A DNA stretch of 49,083 bases from Candidatus Woesearchaeota archaeon (GCA_016203205.1 JACQNE010000004.1:1-49083); one strand, 5' to 3'. Shown: positions 26,727-34,937, counted from the first letter of the stretch. Made by a program: numbers and translations. The notes: generated by a model not told the origin, from the letters alone.

Positions 26727-27587
26727 ATGAAAACAACACCTACACAACTCTCCGTCTTTGAAGGTCAGCACATTCGTAAGATCTGGCATAATGACGAATG
26801 GTATTTTTCGGTCATTGACGTCGTTGGCGCTTTGACTGAAAGTAGTAATCCTCGAAATTATTGGAATATGCTCAAAACGCGTGAGGAAGAGCAAGGAATT
26901 GAACTGTACACAAATTGTGTACAATTAAAACTTTTAGCGGATGATGGTAAGATGAGAGAAACAGACTGTGCTAATACTGAAGCTCTTTTCCGTATAATTC
27001 AATCAATCCCTTCCAAGAAAGCAGAACCATTTAAGCTTTGGCTGGCCAAAGTAGGCTACGAACGTGTCCAAGAAATCGAAAATCCAGAATTGGCCCAACA
27101 GCGGATGAAAGAGATATACAAAGCTAAGGGCTATTCTGATAGTTGGATCGAGAAACGTGTGAGAGGAATTGCTATTCGGGATGAATTAACGGATCAATGG
27201 AAAAATCGTGGGACTCAAACCGAAAGAGAGTTTGCGATATTAACAGCTGAGATTTCTAAAGCAACATTTGGTATGACTCCCAATGAATACAAGGATTTCA
27301 AAAACTTAAAGAAAGAGAACTTACGAGACCACATGGATGATATGGAACTCGTTCTGACAATGCTTGGCGAAGCGACAACCACAAGATTAACCACAGAAAG
27401 AGATTCCCAGCAGTTTCCAGAACTAAAGAAAGATGCCAAAGACGGTGGTGATGTTGCCGGAAGCGCCAGAAAAGATATTGAACACAAGCTAGGTAAAAGT
27501 ATTGTTTCCGAAGATAATTTTCTCGAACAATCTGAGGAACAGAAAAGGATTGAACACGGCAAAGGCAAATTATCAAAATCTATATAA
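26727..27587 (+). CDS. BRO-N domain / DinD-like DNA-damage-inducible protein
   Basis: N-terminal LSVFEGQHIRKIWHNDEWYFSVIDVVGAL matches the BRO-N pattern. The central AEPFKLWLAKVGYERV...ELTDQWKNRG region resembles E. coli DinD-type proteins (from memory). Confidence 0.6.
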   Translation: MKTTPTQLSVFEGQHIRKIWHNDEWYFSVIDVVGALTESSNPRNYWNMLKTREEEQGIELYTNCVQLKLLADDGKMRETDCANTEALFRIIQSIPSKKAEPFKLWLAKVGYERVQEIENPELAQQRMKEIYKAKGYSDSWIEKRVRGIAIRDELTDQWKNRGTQTEREFAILTAEISKATFGMTPNEYKDFKNLKKENLRDHMDDMELVLTMLGEATTTRLTTERDSQQFPELKKDAKDGGDVAGSARKDIEHKLGKSIVSEDNFLEQSEEQKRIEHGKGKLSKSI

Positions 27588-27610
27588 ACCTGCTTCATTT
27601 CTTCCTTTTC

Positions 27611-28900
27611 ATGCCTCAACACGGCGACATTGTCAAAGTAACCACAAAGAAAGGTACAGAACAAGGAATGCTGATGCCTTCTCCCCAGAAAGATGTTGTT
27701 CTGATTAAATTAGATACAGGCTATAATCTTGGCTTCAAGAAGCAGGATGTCAAGAGCCTCATTGTTGTTGAAAAAAGTAAAGAAACGAAAGCCGTTGTTT
27801 CTAAACCAATATCCCCCTCAAAAAATCTCCCGATTATCTCTATTCTTCATACCGGAGGAACAATTGCCAGTAAAGTTGATTATCGCACCGGTGGAGTAAA
27901 GTCAGACTTCGGCCCCGAAGAATTAGTCTCATTATTCCCCGAGTTAAAACAAATCGCTAACATTAAGTCGGAATTAATCTCACAGATGTGGAGCGATGAT
28001 TTACGCTTTAAACACTTCACGTTAATCGCCAAAAAGATTGAAGAACACGTTAAAGCCGGCTCGCGTGGCATTATCATCGGGATGGGTACAGATAATCTCG
28101 CTGTTGCCGCCGCTGCTCTCTCGTTTATTGTTGAAAAGACGCCTGTGCCGATTGTTCTCGTTGGCGCGCAGCGCTCATCTGATCGCGGCAGCAGCGATGC
28201 AGCGATGAATCTGATCTGTGCGGCAGAATTTGTGAGCAAGACGGATTTTGGCGGCGTGGGTATCTGTATGCATGAGAAAGAAAGTGATGATTATTGTGTT
28301 ATTCTTCCGGCAAATAAAACGTACAAACTTCATTCTTCAAGAAGAGATGCATTTAAAGCAGTCAATGCCGGACCGCTTGCCCGTGTTGGCTACAAAGACC
28401 GGAAGATTGTCTTTTTGAATAAGAATTATCCCCAAGTAACAAAAGAATTGGTATTGAAACCAAAGATGGAAGAGAAAGTTGGCTTGTTGAAGATTCATGT
28501 TAATATGTTTCCTGAGCAATTTTCTTTTTATCAGGGATATAAAGGGTTGATCATTGAAGGTACTGGTTTGGGACATACGCCAGGACAAGTGCCTAATCCC
28601 GAATGTGAAATTCATCGCAAAATCTATCCCGCTCTCCAGAAATTGATTGATTCTGGTTGTGTCGTGGTCATGACTACACAATGTTTATTTGGCGGCGTGA
28701 ACATGAATGTCTATGACAAAGGGCGTGACTTATTGGAATTGGGTGTTATCCCCGGAAAAGATATGTTGGCAAATACTGCTTTGGTCAAATTAGCGTGGCT
28801 GCTGGGAAATTACAAATTGCCTGATGTGAAGAGGATGGTCAGCGAGAATCTGCGTGGTGAGATTGATGAGAGATTGGAATATGAAGAGGAATTTATATGA
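27611..28900 (+). CDS. gatD: Glu-tRNA(Gln) amidotransferase subunit D
   Basis: GatD-specific N-domain (GDIVKV...LKLDTGYNLG) plus an asparaginase fold (ILHTGGTIAS, GMGTDNL, HGTGLGH-like EGTGLGH). Confidence 0.9.
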   Translation: MPQHGDIVKVTTKKGTEQGMLMPSPQKDVVLIKLDTGYNLGFKKQDVKSLIVVEKSKETKAVVSKPISPSKNLPIISILHTGGTIASKVDYRTGGVKSDFGPEELVSLFPELKQIANIKSELISQMWSDDLRFKHFTLIAKKIEEHVKAGSRGIIIGMGTDNLAVAAAALSFIVEKTPVPIVLVGAQRSSDRGSSDAAMNLICAAEFVSKTDFGGVGICMHEKESDDYCVILPANKTYKLHSSRRDAFKAVNAGPLARVGYKDRKIVFLNKNYPQVTKELVLKPKMEEKVGLLKIHVNMFPEQFSFYQGYKGLIIEGTGLGHTPGQVPNPECEIHRKIYPALQKLIDSGCVVVMTTQCLFGGVNMNVYDKGRDLLELGVIPGKDMLANTALVKLAWLLGNYKLPDVKRMVSENLRGEIDERLEYEEEFI

Positions 28901-29169
28901 ATACTAAATGGGGTTGGTGGAGTTTGTGTTCATTATTAATTGCTATTGCAGTTTTCTTTCTCCTGATAGCATTTGGTGTCGTAGTTACCGTGGCATTTGG
29001 TTCTGTTACCATTTTTCTTCTTCTTTCAATTTTCCTTGGAGTTGCTGCTATCGTAAAGCGAAACACCGAGTCTAAAACCAGCTTTGTAATGAGCATCGTT
29101 AGTCTTATCTTTAGCTTTTTATTATTACTTTTTGAGATTTTTATTATTCCTAATCTTAAAGCAGGGTAA
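28897..29169 (+). CDS. small integral membrane protein (90 aa, 3 TM)
   Basis: ATGA overlap with gatD. Three clear hydrophobic helices. Confidence 0.5.
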   Translation: MNTKWGWWSLCSLLIAIAVFFLLIAFGVVVTVAFGSVTIFLLLSIFLGVAAIVKRNTESKTSFVMSIVSLIFSFLLLLFEIFIIPNLKAG

Positions 29170-29183
29170 TAGGGAAGACCAAC

Positions 29184-29447
29184 ATGAAACTCACATCTTT
29201 TATCTTCATCATCTTTTCATTAATTTTCATTTCCTCCTGTTCTTCCATTCCCGCAGAGCAGCGTTGTTCTCTTGATGCCGATTGTGTTCCCGACGCCTGC
29301 TGCCATGCTGCCGGCGTGGTCAATGCCCAATTCGCTCCCGATTGCAGCGAGACGTTGTGTACGTTGGAATGCCGTCCAGAAACGCTCGACTGCGGCTTTG
29401 GGAAAATACAGTGCGTGAAGAATGAGTGTGTGGTGATTTTTGAGTGA
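29184..29447 (+). CDS. small secreted cysteine-rich protein, possible lipoprotein (87 aa)
   Basis: Signal peptide ends in the lipobox-like FISSC. The mature part is about 65 aa with 10 further Cys. Confidence 0.55.
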   Translation: MKLTSFIFIIFSLIFISSCSSIPAEQRCSLDADCVPDACCHAAGVVNAQFAPDCSETLCTLECRPETLDCGFGKIQCVKNECVVIFE

Positions 29448-29916
29448 ATTGTAAATAAATATTATAAGATTCATTCTATTTCAACAGGAAATGGGCGAGG
29501 GCACATTTTTTGGTCATAGATTATACGATAGACAGAAAGATCAGCCTGAAGAAGAACAACGTCTGCCACTGTATCTTCCGGTTCCACCGCCAAGGTTACC
29601 GGAAGACCGTCTTTATGAGAAAGGTGAAAAGCTGGAAATAATCATCGCGCCGGAGACAGAAGATGGTGTGATCGTGATTGAGTTGTGAGTGTCAATTTGG
29701 GAGTTCCGGCCCTGTAGAAAAAGTCGTCCTGACCATTGACCGTGGCGAAAACCAGCCGTGTTCAAGATCGCAGAACCAGTCATTCAAGCTGGATGATTTT
29801 CGCACCTGTTCCCATAAATCGCTTCCCACGGTCAATCTCTTGGCCAGGCGGACGATTTTTTCCACTAAGCCAGGAGTTCCATAACTTTTTTAAAGTCACA
29901 TTTTGTTTTTCAGGAG

Positions 29917-30525
29917 ATGGAATATGCGTATATCTCCGTTGATGTTGAAACATCGGGAGCTGTTCCCGGGATCTATAATCTTCTTTCCATTGGCGCTTGC
30001 CTTGTTGGAGATCGTGAAAAGCAATTTTATCGAGAATTACAGCCAATAAACAGTCATTTTGATATCGAGGCAATGCGTGTGGGATGTTTAGGATTGCAGT
30101 GTCTTGCGTCGTTCAAAGCTAATCCCATGTATAATCCTCTAGACCGGCGATTTTCCCCCTCCTCTGTCCTCGGACTTCTGGAGGAGAAAGGAACATTTCC
30201 ACTGACTGCGATGCGGGATTTTGGCGATTGGATACAAAAGGTGAGAAGAGACAAAAAACCCTTGCTGGTTACTGACGTCCAACCTTTTGATGGGAGTTTT
30301 ATCAACTGGTATTTTGCCAAATTCTTGCCTGATCGAGAGAATCCTTTTGGTCATAAAGGGCTGAATATCGATGTTCTCTATCGCGGCTTGCGCGGAGATA
30401 TTACCGCGAGGCTTTCTGATCTCGGACTAGAAGACGATCGGAAAACACCGCATAATGCCCTGGATGATGCCGTTTTCCAGGCACGTCTGGCCGAGAAAGT
30501 ATTTGAATTGATGAAAAGGGTTTAG
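29917..30525 (+). CDS. DEDDh 3'-5' exonuclease (DnaQ/RNase T-like)
   Basis: ExoI ISVDVETSG, ExoII PFDGSFINWYF and ExoIII HNALDDAVFQA. Confidence 0.7.
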   Translation: MEYAYISVDVETSGAVPGIYNLLSIGACLVGDREKQFYRELQPINSHFDIEAMRVGCLGLQCLASFKANPMYNPLDRRFSPSSVLGLLEEKGTFPLTAMRDFGDWIQKVRRDKKPLLVTDVQPFDGSFINWYFAKFLPDRENPFGHKGLNIDVLYRGLRGDITARLSDLGLEDDRKTPHNALDDAVFQARLAEKVFELMKRV

Positions 30526-30706
30526 ATTAATTGGGCTAATATGAAACCCTATGGTTACTGCCCTTTGCGGAGCACTCTCGATAGAAATATCAAAAGCGAC
30601 AAGGGGGTTGCCCCCTACGGGGAACGTCGCTGATCTTGTTCTACAGCAAGTGCGGAGCTTGGCAGTAACCGAGCAACGCGAGAGGGTTTCATATTAGCCA
30701 ATTAAT
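30526..30706. repeat. 181-nt element closed by a 24/25-nt inverted repeat plus a nested 10-bp helix (structured RNA, MITE or bidirectional terminator)
   Basis: 30526-30550 ATTAATTGGGCTAATATGAAACCCT pairs with 30683-30706. 30553-30562 GGTTACTGCC pairs with 30661-30670. Internal hairpins include GATA-GAAA-TATC and AGCGAC..GGGGG-TTG-CCCCC..GTCGCT. Confidence 0.6.
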
Positions 30707-30716
30707 AGGATCAGTT

Positions 30717-31061
30717 TTAAATTAATTTTATCTTTATTCCCAGAACACCATATTTCTGCTCGTCTTCTTCCGAATAATAGGTGCGCATCAGTTCGGCAGC
30801 AATATCTTTATTGAAGTCCAGAGGATAGCCGTACAATGTCGGCGGGATGTCCTGGATTAGCTCACGAAATGTCCGATAGCGCAAAAGGCCGATCACCTCC
30901 ACTTGTATCCGTTCTGAAAGATTATCTCGTTTTGAGAATTGAATGTGATCTCCGAGATCAAGTTTTGATCTCTTTTCATCAAAAAGGCGCATTTCAATCG
31001 TCTGCCGGCCGGTTTTGATTCGTTCAAACGGCTTCTCCTGTAAGTGCAGGTGGTGTTGCAT
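30717..31061 (-). CDS. ASCH-domain protein
   Basis: 114 aa with FERIKTGRQTIEMRLFDEKR..LGD.I.F, the typical ASC-1 homology beta-barrel signature. Confidence 0.7.
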   Translation of the reverse strand: MQHHLHLQEKPFERIKTGRQTIEMRLFDEKRSKLDLGDHIQFSKRDNLSERIQVEVIGLLRYRTFRELIQDIPPTLYGYPLDFNKDIAAELMRTYYSEEDEQKYGVLGIKIKLI

Positions 31062-31083
31062 TGATCACTTTTCTTACCGTTGA

Positions 31084-31093
31084 TTTTTTAAAC
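31084..31093 (+). promoter_or_regulatory. TATA-like box (TTTTTTAAAC) for the glycosylase gene
   Basis: About 26 nt upstream of the ATG at 31115. Confidence 0.4.
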
Positions 31094-31114
31094 ATTGCGC
31101 ATTTCTTTTCTTTA

Positions 31115-31666
31115 ATGAAACCTCTCCCCCTATCATTTTTCGCCCGCGACACGGTGGAAGTTGCCCGTGATCTTTTGGGAAAAGTGATCGTGGTTCATGG
31201 CACCTCGGGAAAGATCGTGGAAACAGAAGCCTACAAACGCGATCCTGCATCGCATGCGTATACAAAAACAGAACGCAGCCGGATCATGTATGAAACGCAG
31301 GGCCATGTATACGTTTATCTGATCTACGGGATGTATCATTGCTTGAATTTCACCACTGAAAAAAATGATGCCGGCGCGGTGCTGATCCGGGCGGTGGAGC
31401 CGTTGTCGGGAATAGAAGAGATGAAACGGCGGCGGAAGACCACCACAGAAACAAATCTTTGCTCCGGGCCGGGAAAAGTTTGCCAGGCGTTTGCCATCGG
31501 TAAACAACATAGTGGAATCCGGTTAGGGAAAGACATAAAAATATACGATGATTTGTCGGTTGTACCGGCAATAAAGACCGGTCCGCGGATCGGGATCAGT
31601 GAGGCAAAAGAATTGCCCTGGCGTTTTTATCTTGAAGGGAATACATTTGTAAGCAAAAGGAAATAA
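31115..31666 (+). CDS. 3-methyladenine DNA glycosylase (AAG/Mpg family)
   Basis: VARDLLGK, IVETEAY, DPASHAY, YVYLIYGMYHCLN, GAVLIRAVEP and LCSGPGKVCQAF. The ORF track starts at a TTG at 31061; the ATG at 31115 is more plausible. Confidence 0.85.
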   Translation: MKPLPLSFFARDTVEVARDLLGKVIVVHGTSGKIVETEAYKRDPASHAYTKTERSRIMYETQGHVYVYLIYGMYHCLNFTTEKNDAGAVLIRAVEPLSGIEEMKRRRKTTTETNLCSGPGKVCQAFAIGKQHSGIRLGKDIKIYDDLSVVPAIKTGPRIGISEAKELPWRFYLEGNTFVSKRK

Positions 31667-31667
31667 G

Positions 31668-32675
31668 ATGGCATCAAAAAAAGCGTTAGAGAAACATTCC
31701 CGGGCTGATGAGCTTTACCATTCCGCAGAAGATATCCGCTGGGCAACTCCAGAGGTTGTCGCCGATTATCGAGCGAAGCGTTTGCAGTGCAAGACGATCG
31801 TCGATGTGGGCTGCGGCATCGGCTTTCAAACATTTGCCTTTGCGAAAAAGTGTGATCATGTTTTTGCGATTGATATCGATCCGGAGAAAATAGAAAAAGC
31901 AGAGAAGAATGCTGCTGTGCTCTGGTTGAAGAATATTACATTTATTGCTGGTGATGCGCTGTCGCCGCAGGTTATCAGGCAATTGAAAAATGTCGATATT
32001 GTTTTCTGTGATCCGGCGCGCCTGCCAGAAGAAACTGAGCGGACGACGGCGACGATTCAGCCAAATATCTCGGAACTGTTGCGCTTGTATGGGAAATTAA
32101 CGGACAGGATCGCCATCGAATTCCCCCCCCAGATCCAAGAAATTCCCTTCGCCTGCGAGAGAGAATATCTTTCCTGGCAGGGAAAATTGAATCGGCTGAA
32201 TCTCTATTTTGGCGGATTGAAAAAATCAGAGAGAAGTGCCGTGACACTGCCGACGGAAGAGCAGATCGTTCCTCAAAAAGGGGCGGTCTTACGGGAAGTG
32301 CCTGCTCCCCAGCAATATCTTTTTGATGTTGATCCGGCTGTCGTCAAAGCAGGATTATTGGCTGAACTTTCCGCGAAGACTGGTGCGGCGCTGCTGCAGC
32401 GCGGGAAAAATATCGTGTTTACTGCTCCTCGTCTGGTCAAAGATGCTTTTTTTGTGCATGTGTATAAAATATTGGAGACAGTTTCATTTGAACAGAAGTT
32501 ATTATTGAGGGCGTTGCGGAAACAGGGTGCGGGGACAATTATCCTGCGTTATTCAATTGATCCTAATGAATACGCCGCTGTCCGCCGGTCGTTGGAGAAA
32601 GAATTGAAAGGACAGAAGGTAGTCTGTCTGTTTCGGTTAGATGACCAAGCGCTGATCACAGAAGAGGTGCGCTGA
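31668..32675 (+). CDS. class I SAM-dependent methyltransferase with extra C-terminal (THUMP-like?) domain
   Basis: SAM motif IVDVGCGIGFQTFAFA, AIDIDPEK, IAGDAL and VFCDPAR. The substrate is not inferable. Confidence 0.6.
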   Translation: MASKKALEKHSRADELYHSAEDIRWATPEVVADYRAKRLQCKTIVDVGCGIGFQTFAFAKKCDHVFAIDIDPEKIEKAEKNAAVLWLKNITFIAGDALSPQVIRQLKNVDIVFCDPARLPEETERTTATIQPNISELLRLYGKLTDRIAIEFPPQIQEIPFACEREYLSWQGKLNRLNLYFGGLKKSERSAVTLPTEEQIVPQKGAVLREVPAPQQYLFDVDPAVVKAGLLAELSAKTGAALLQRGKNIVFTAPRLVKDAFFVHVYKILETVSFEQKLLLRALRKQGAGTIILRYSIDPNEYAAVRRSLEKELKGQKVVCLFRLDDQALITEEVR

Positions 32676-32720
32676 GCATGATTCTATTCTCCCCCAAATA
32701 ACTATTTTCCAAAGTTCTCT

Positions 32721-33590
32721 TTAGATAAATGTGTCGTGTAAGAGTTCTTCGTACACCCCTAATGGTAATTTTGCAATGAGTGTATCCAGCATTTTTTCAG
32801 AGAGATGAACCGAACTGATGATCGCGGCCGCTTGTTTCTTGGTGAGTGTTCTCTCTCTTTTTTTATACAGATCAATCAATGCATCTCTCAAGCCATTGCG
32901 CAATTTTTTATCGCGCTGAAGATGCAGTTTCTGAATAAGATATTGGCTGTCCGTCGGCTCTTCAAGAGGGGAAATGGTGATGATCGCTGACAATACTTTC
33001 GGCTGCGGATAAAATGCCTCTTTTGGGACTTCTTTGATCAGCGTAATTTCGAAGAACGAGGAAAAGATGGGGTGTCTTTGTACTTTGCTGGCAAACGCAT
33101 TAGGCACGGTTAAGACCGTATGTTCAATGTTTTTTGCTTTCGTTAAATATTGCAATATCGGCTCGCAGATCTGATAGGGGAGGTTGGAGATCAGTTTATT
33201 GAAATCAGTTCTTCTGGGGAGATAAGCAAGGGCGTTAGCGAAGACGAGTTCAACATTTTTGGGAAGATCATCCAGGAGAAACGTCAAGCTGCGATCGATC
33301 TCGACGGCAATGACTTTCTTGACTTTTTGTGCGATTGCTTTTGTTAATATTCCCGGTCCCGGGCCGATTTCAGCGACAACATCATTCTTCTTTAATTCTG
33401 CGGTTTGGAGGATTGTCTGAAAGATAGTCTCATCGATACAGAAATGTTGATCTTTAAGGACATCGGGAGAGAGGTGCTGTTTTTGTAATCGTTCTTTTAG
33501 CTGGGCGAGACCGTTCATGGTGAGTATTATTCTCTTTTTGTATTTGTTTAGCTTTTCCGGCAGGCCGTGCATCCGAGCGGAAATCAGCAA
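32721..33590 (-). CDS. rsmA: 16S rRNA (adenine1518/1519-N6)-dimethyltransferase KsgA/Dim1
   Basis: DQHFCID, VVAEIGPGPGILT, AVEID, ISNLPYQI and a C-terminal helical domain. The true start may be an internal Met (33572 or 33518). Confidence 0.85.
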   Translation of the reverse strand: MLISARMHGLPEKLNKYKKRIILTMNGLAQLKERLQKQHLSPDVLKDQHFCIDETIFQTILQTAELKKNDVVAEIGPGPGILTKAIAQKVKKVIAVEIDRSLTFLLDDLPKNVELVFANALAYLPRRTDFNKLISNLPYQICEPILQYLTKAKNIEHTVLTVPNAFASKVQRHPIFSSFFEITLIKEVPKEAFYPQPKVLSAIITISPLEEPTDSQYLIQKLHLQRDKKLRNGLRDALIDLYKKRERTLTKKQAAAIISSVHLSEKMLDTLIAKLPLGVYEELLHDTFI

Positions 33591-33735
33591 ATATATTCTC
33601 TGCTTCTCGCTGTAAACAGGAAGATTTCCGCACCAAGGGAGGAATAAAGCATCTTGGGATGCACTTTGTGGCCGCGCCGCCAGCTAAACAAATACTCTCT
33701 TTTAATATAAATTAGACCATAAAGAAAGCGTTAAT

Positions 33736-33745
33736 CTTTTAAAGA
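33736..33745 (+). promoter_or_regulatory. TATA-like box (CTTTTAAAGA) for the tRNA gene
   Basis: Centred about 27 nt upstream of tRNA position 1 (33768). Confidence 0.5.
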
Positions 33746-33767
33746 AGATTGTGTTTTGCCTGTTTGT

Positions 33768-33918
33768 GCGAGGGTGGGAGAGTGGTCAAATCCGCTAGCT
33801 TGAGGGGCTAGTCCCTTAGTGGGTACGCGTGTTCAAACGCCAGTATCCTAGGCGAAATGGGCGGGCTGAAGCCCACCACACGAAAACTAGGAGCTGCTTG
33901 AAAGTCACGTCCCTCGCA
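33768..33918 (+). tRNA. tRNA-Leu(GAG) interrupted by a 67-nt intron in the T-loop (position 59/60)
   Basis: Hand fold. Acceptor GCGAGGG/CCCTCGC plus discriminator A. 3-bp D stem GGA/TCC. Anticodon stem CTAGC/GCTAG with loop TTGAGGG. Long variable arm CCC-TTAGT-GGG. T stem GCGTG/CACGT. Removing 33838-33904 restores the canonical GTTCAAATC. Confidence 0.8.
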
Positions 33919-33921
33919 TTC

Positions 33922-33928
33922 TTTTTTT
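33922..33928 (+). terminator. T7 tract immediately after the tRNA
   Basis: TTTTTTT begins 4 nt after the discriminator base. Confidence 0.55.
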
Positions 33929-34061
33929 ATGGTTTAACCGCACAGACATCAAGCCCTAGTGGTATTGTCCCCTGTGCAGCGTAGTACATGACCACCATGC
34001 CTAGAATAAACGCGATGACGATCCACGTTGCCGGATGATGGAGAATCGCTTTTTTATTCAT
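33927..34061 (-). CDS. small membrane protein (44 aa), third member of the GxIP[FL]..C mini-protein family
   Basis: Hand translation: MNKKAILHHPATWIVIAFILGMVVMYYAAQGTIPLGLDVCAVKP. GAGGA lies at -12 and a TATA-like box about 40 nt upstream. The C-terminus matches the 20804..20965 product. Confidence 0.4.
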   Translation of the reverse strand: MNKKAILHHPATWIVIAFILGMVVMYYAAQGTIPLGLDVCAVKP

Positions 34062-34145
34062 TGATCTAATCCTCTTTGTGTAAGAAGTATTCTGGAAGTA
34101 TAAAAGATTAACTATTTTTCGTGCGTATTTAGTTGTTGACCTACT

Positions 34146-34937
34146 TCAGATTCTTCTGATTGTAATGCCGTGATCTGGGTAGAGATCAACCAGTGAGTGT
34201 TCTCCAATACAGTGGCTCAGGCCGACGGCGACGACAGATGGCTCTTCGAGATAGGACAAAGATCGCTGCACCATATTATCATTTCGTTGGCTATGGGATG
34301 GTAAACTCTTTTGAAAATGGTTGGTCAAAACGGCGGCTTCACTCCCCGAAAAATAATTGAAGAATGTCAGATAAGTGAATCTATGAACTGAACCGGGCTC
34401 TCTTCTTTCCATCTCCAGAATTCTCGCAAGACTATCCGGCAGATTTTGATTTATCTCTTGATTATAACGGATCATTTCTTCACGGGTTTCTAATCCACTG
34501 CAGGAGATTGGGGGGACATGATTTTCTGCTTCAGATTTAAGTATCTCCTCGATGCCCGGAATTAGTTTCTGTCCTGCGGCCCGAAAGAGATCGTACATCA
34601 GTAATATTGGTGGTTGTGTGGCCAGTTGTTCTGGTGGTTTCCCCGCCAGATTTCCCAGAAGTACACGTTCATCTTCGGTCAATCCCTGCCAATAATCTTC
34701 AACTCGATGTTTCTTTACTTCATCATATACCGCTCTCAGATCATTGCCTTCCAAATGGCTTTCCAGAAGAAGATTTTTCTTGCCAGAGAGAAGTTCGTGA
34801 GCAATAGTCTCCAGTTGGAAAAGGTTAGACCATTCTGGCAAAAGATGCATCGTCCCGATTAAGCACGAAGTTATTCCTTTGTTATCCAGTTCCCAGACAA
34901 AAGGTAAGTTGATCATACGTATAATTTTGAGGTTCAA
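34146..34937 (-). CDS. TraB/GumN-family protein
   Basis: The N-terminal FVWELDNKGITSCLIGTMHLLP motif is typical of the TraB/GumN family. 263 aa. Confidence 0.55.
   Translation of the reverse strand: MNLKIIRMINLPFVWELDNKGITSCLIGTMHLLPEWSNLFQLETIAHELLSGKKNLLLESHLEGNDLRAVYDEVKKHRVEDYWQGLTEDERVLLGNLAGKPPEQLATQPPILLMYDLFRAAGQKLIPGIEEILKSEAENHVPPISCSGLETREEMIRYNQEINQNLPDSLARILEMERREPGSVHRFTYLTFFNYFSGSEAAVLTNHFQKSLPSHSQRNDNMVQRSLSYLEEPSVVAVGLSHCIGEHSLVDLYPDHGITIRRI

Noticed and set aside
29780-30073. 97-aa minus-strand ORF overlapping the exonuclease start
   Set aside because: It overlaps the DEDDh exonuclease ExoI motif region on the opposite strand and has no supporting signals.
33821-33913. Alternative BHB reading that would put the whole T-arm inside the tRNA intron (bulges TAC 33824-26 and AGT 33903-05)
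   Set aside because: The spliced product would lack a T-arm. The 59/60 intron model instead restores a canonical GTTCAAATC T-loop and an 84-nt class II tRNA.
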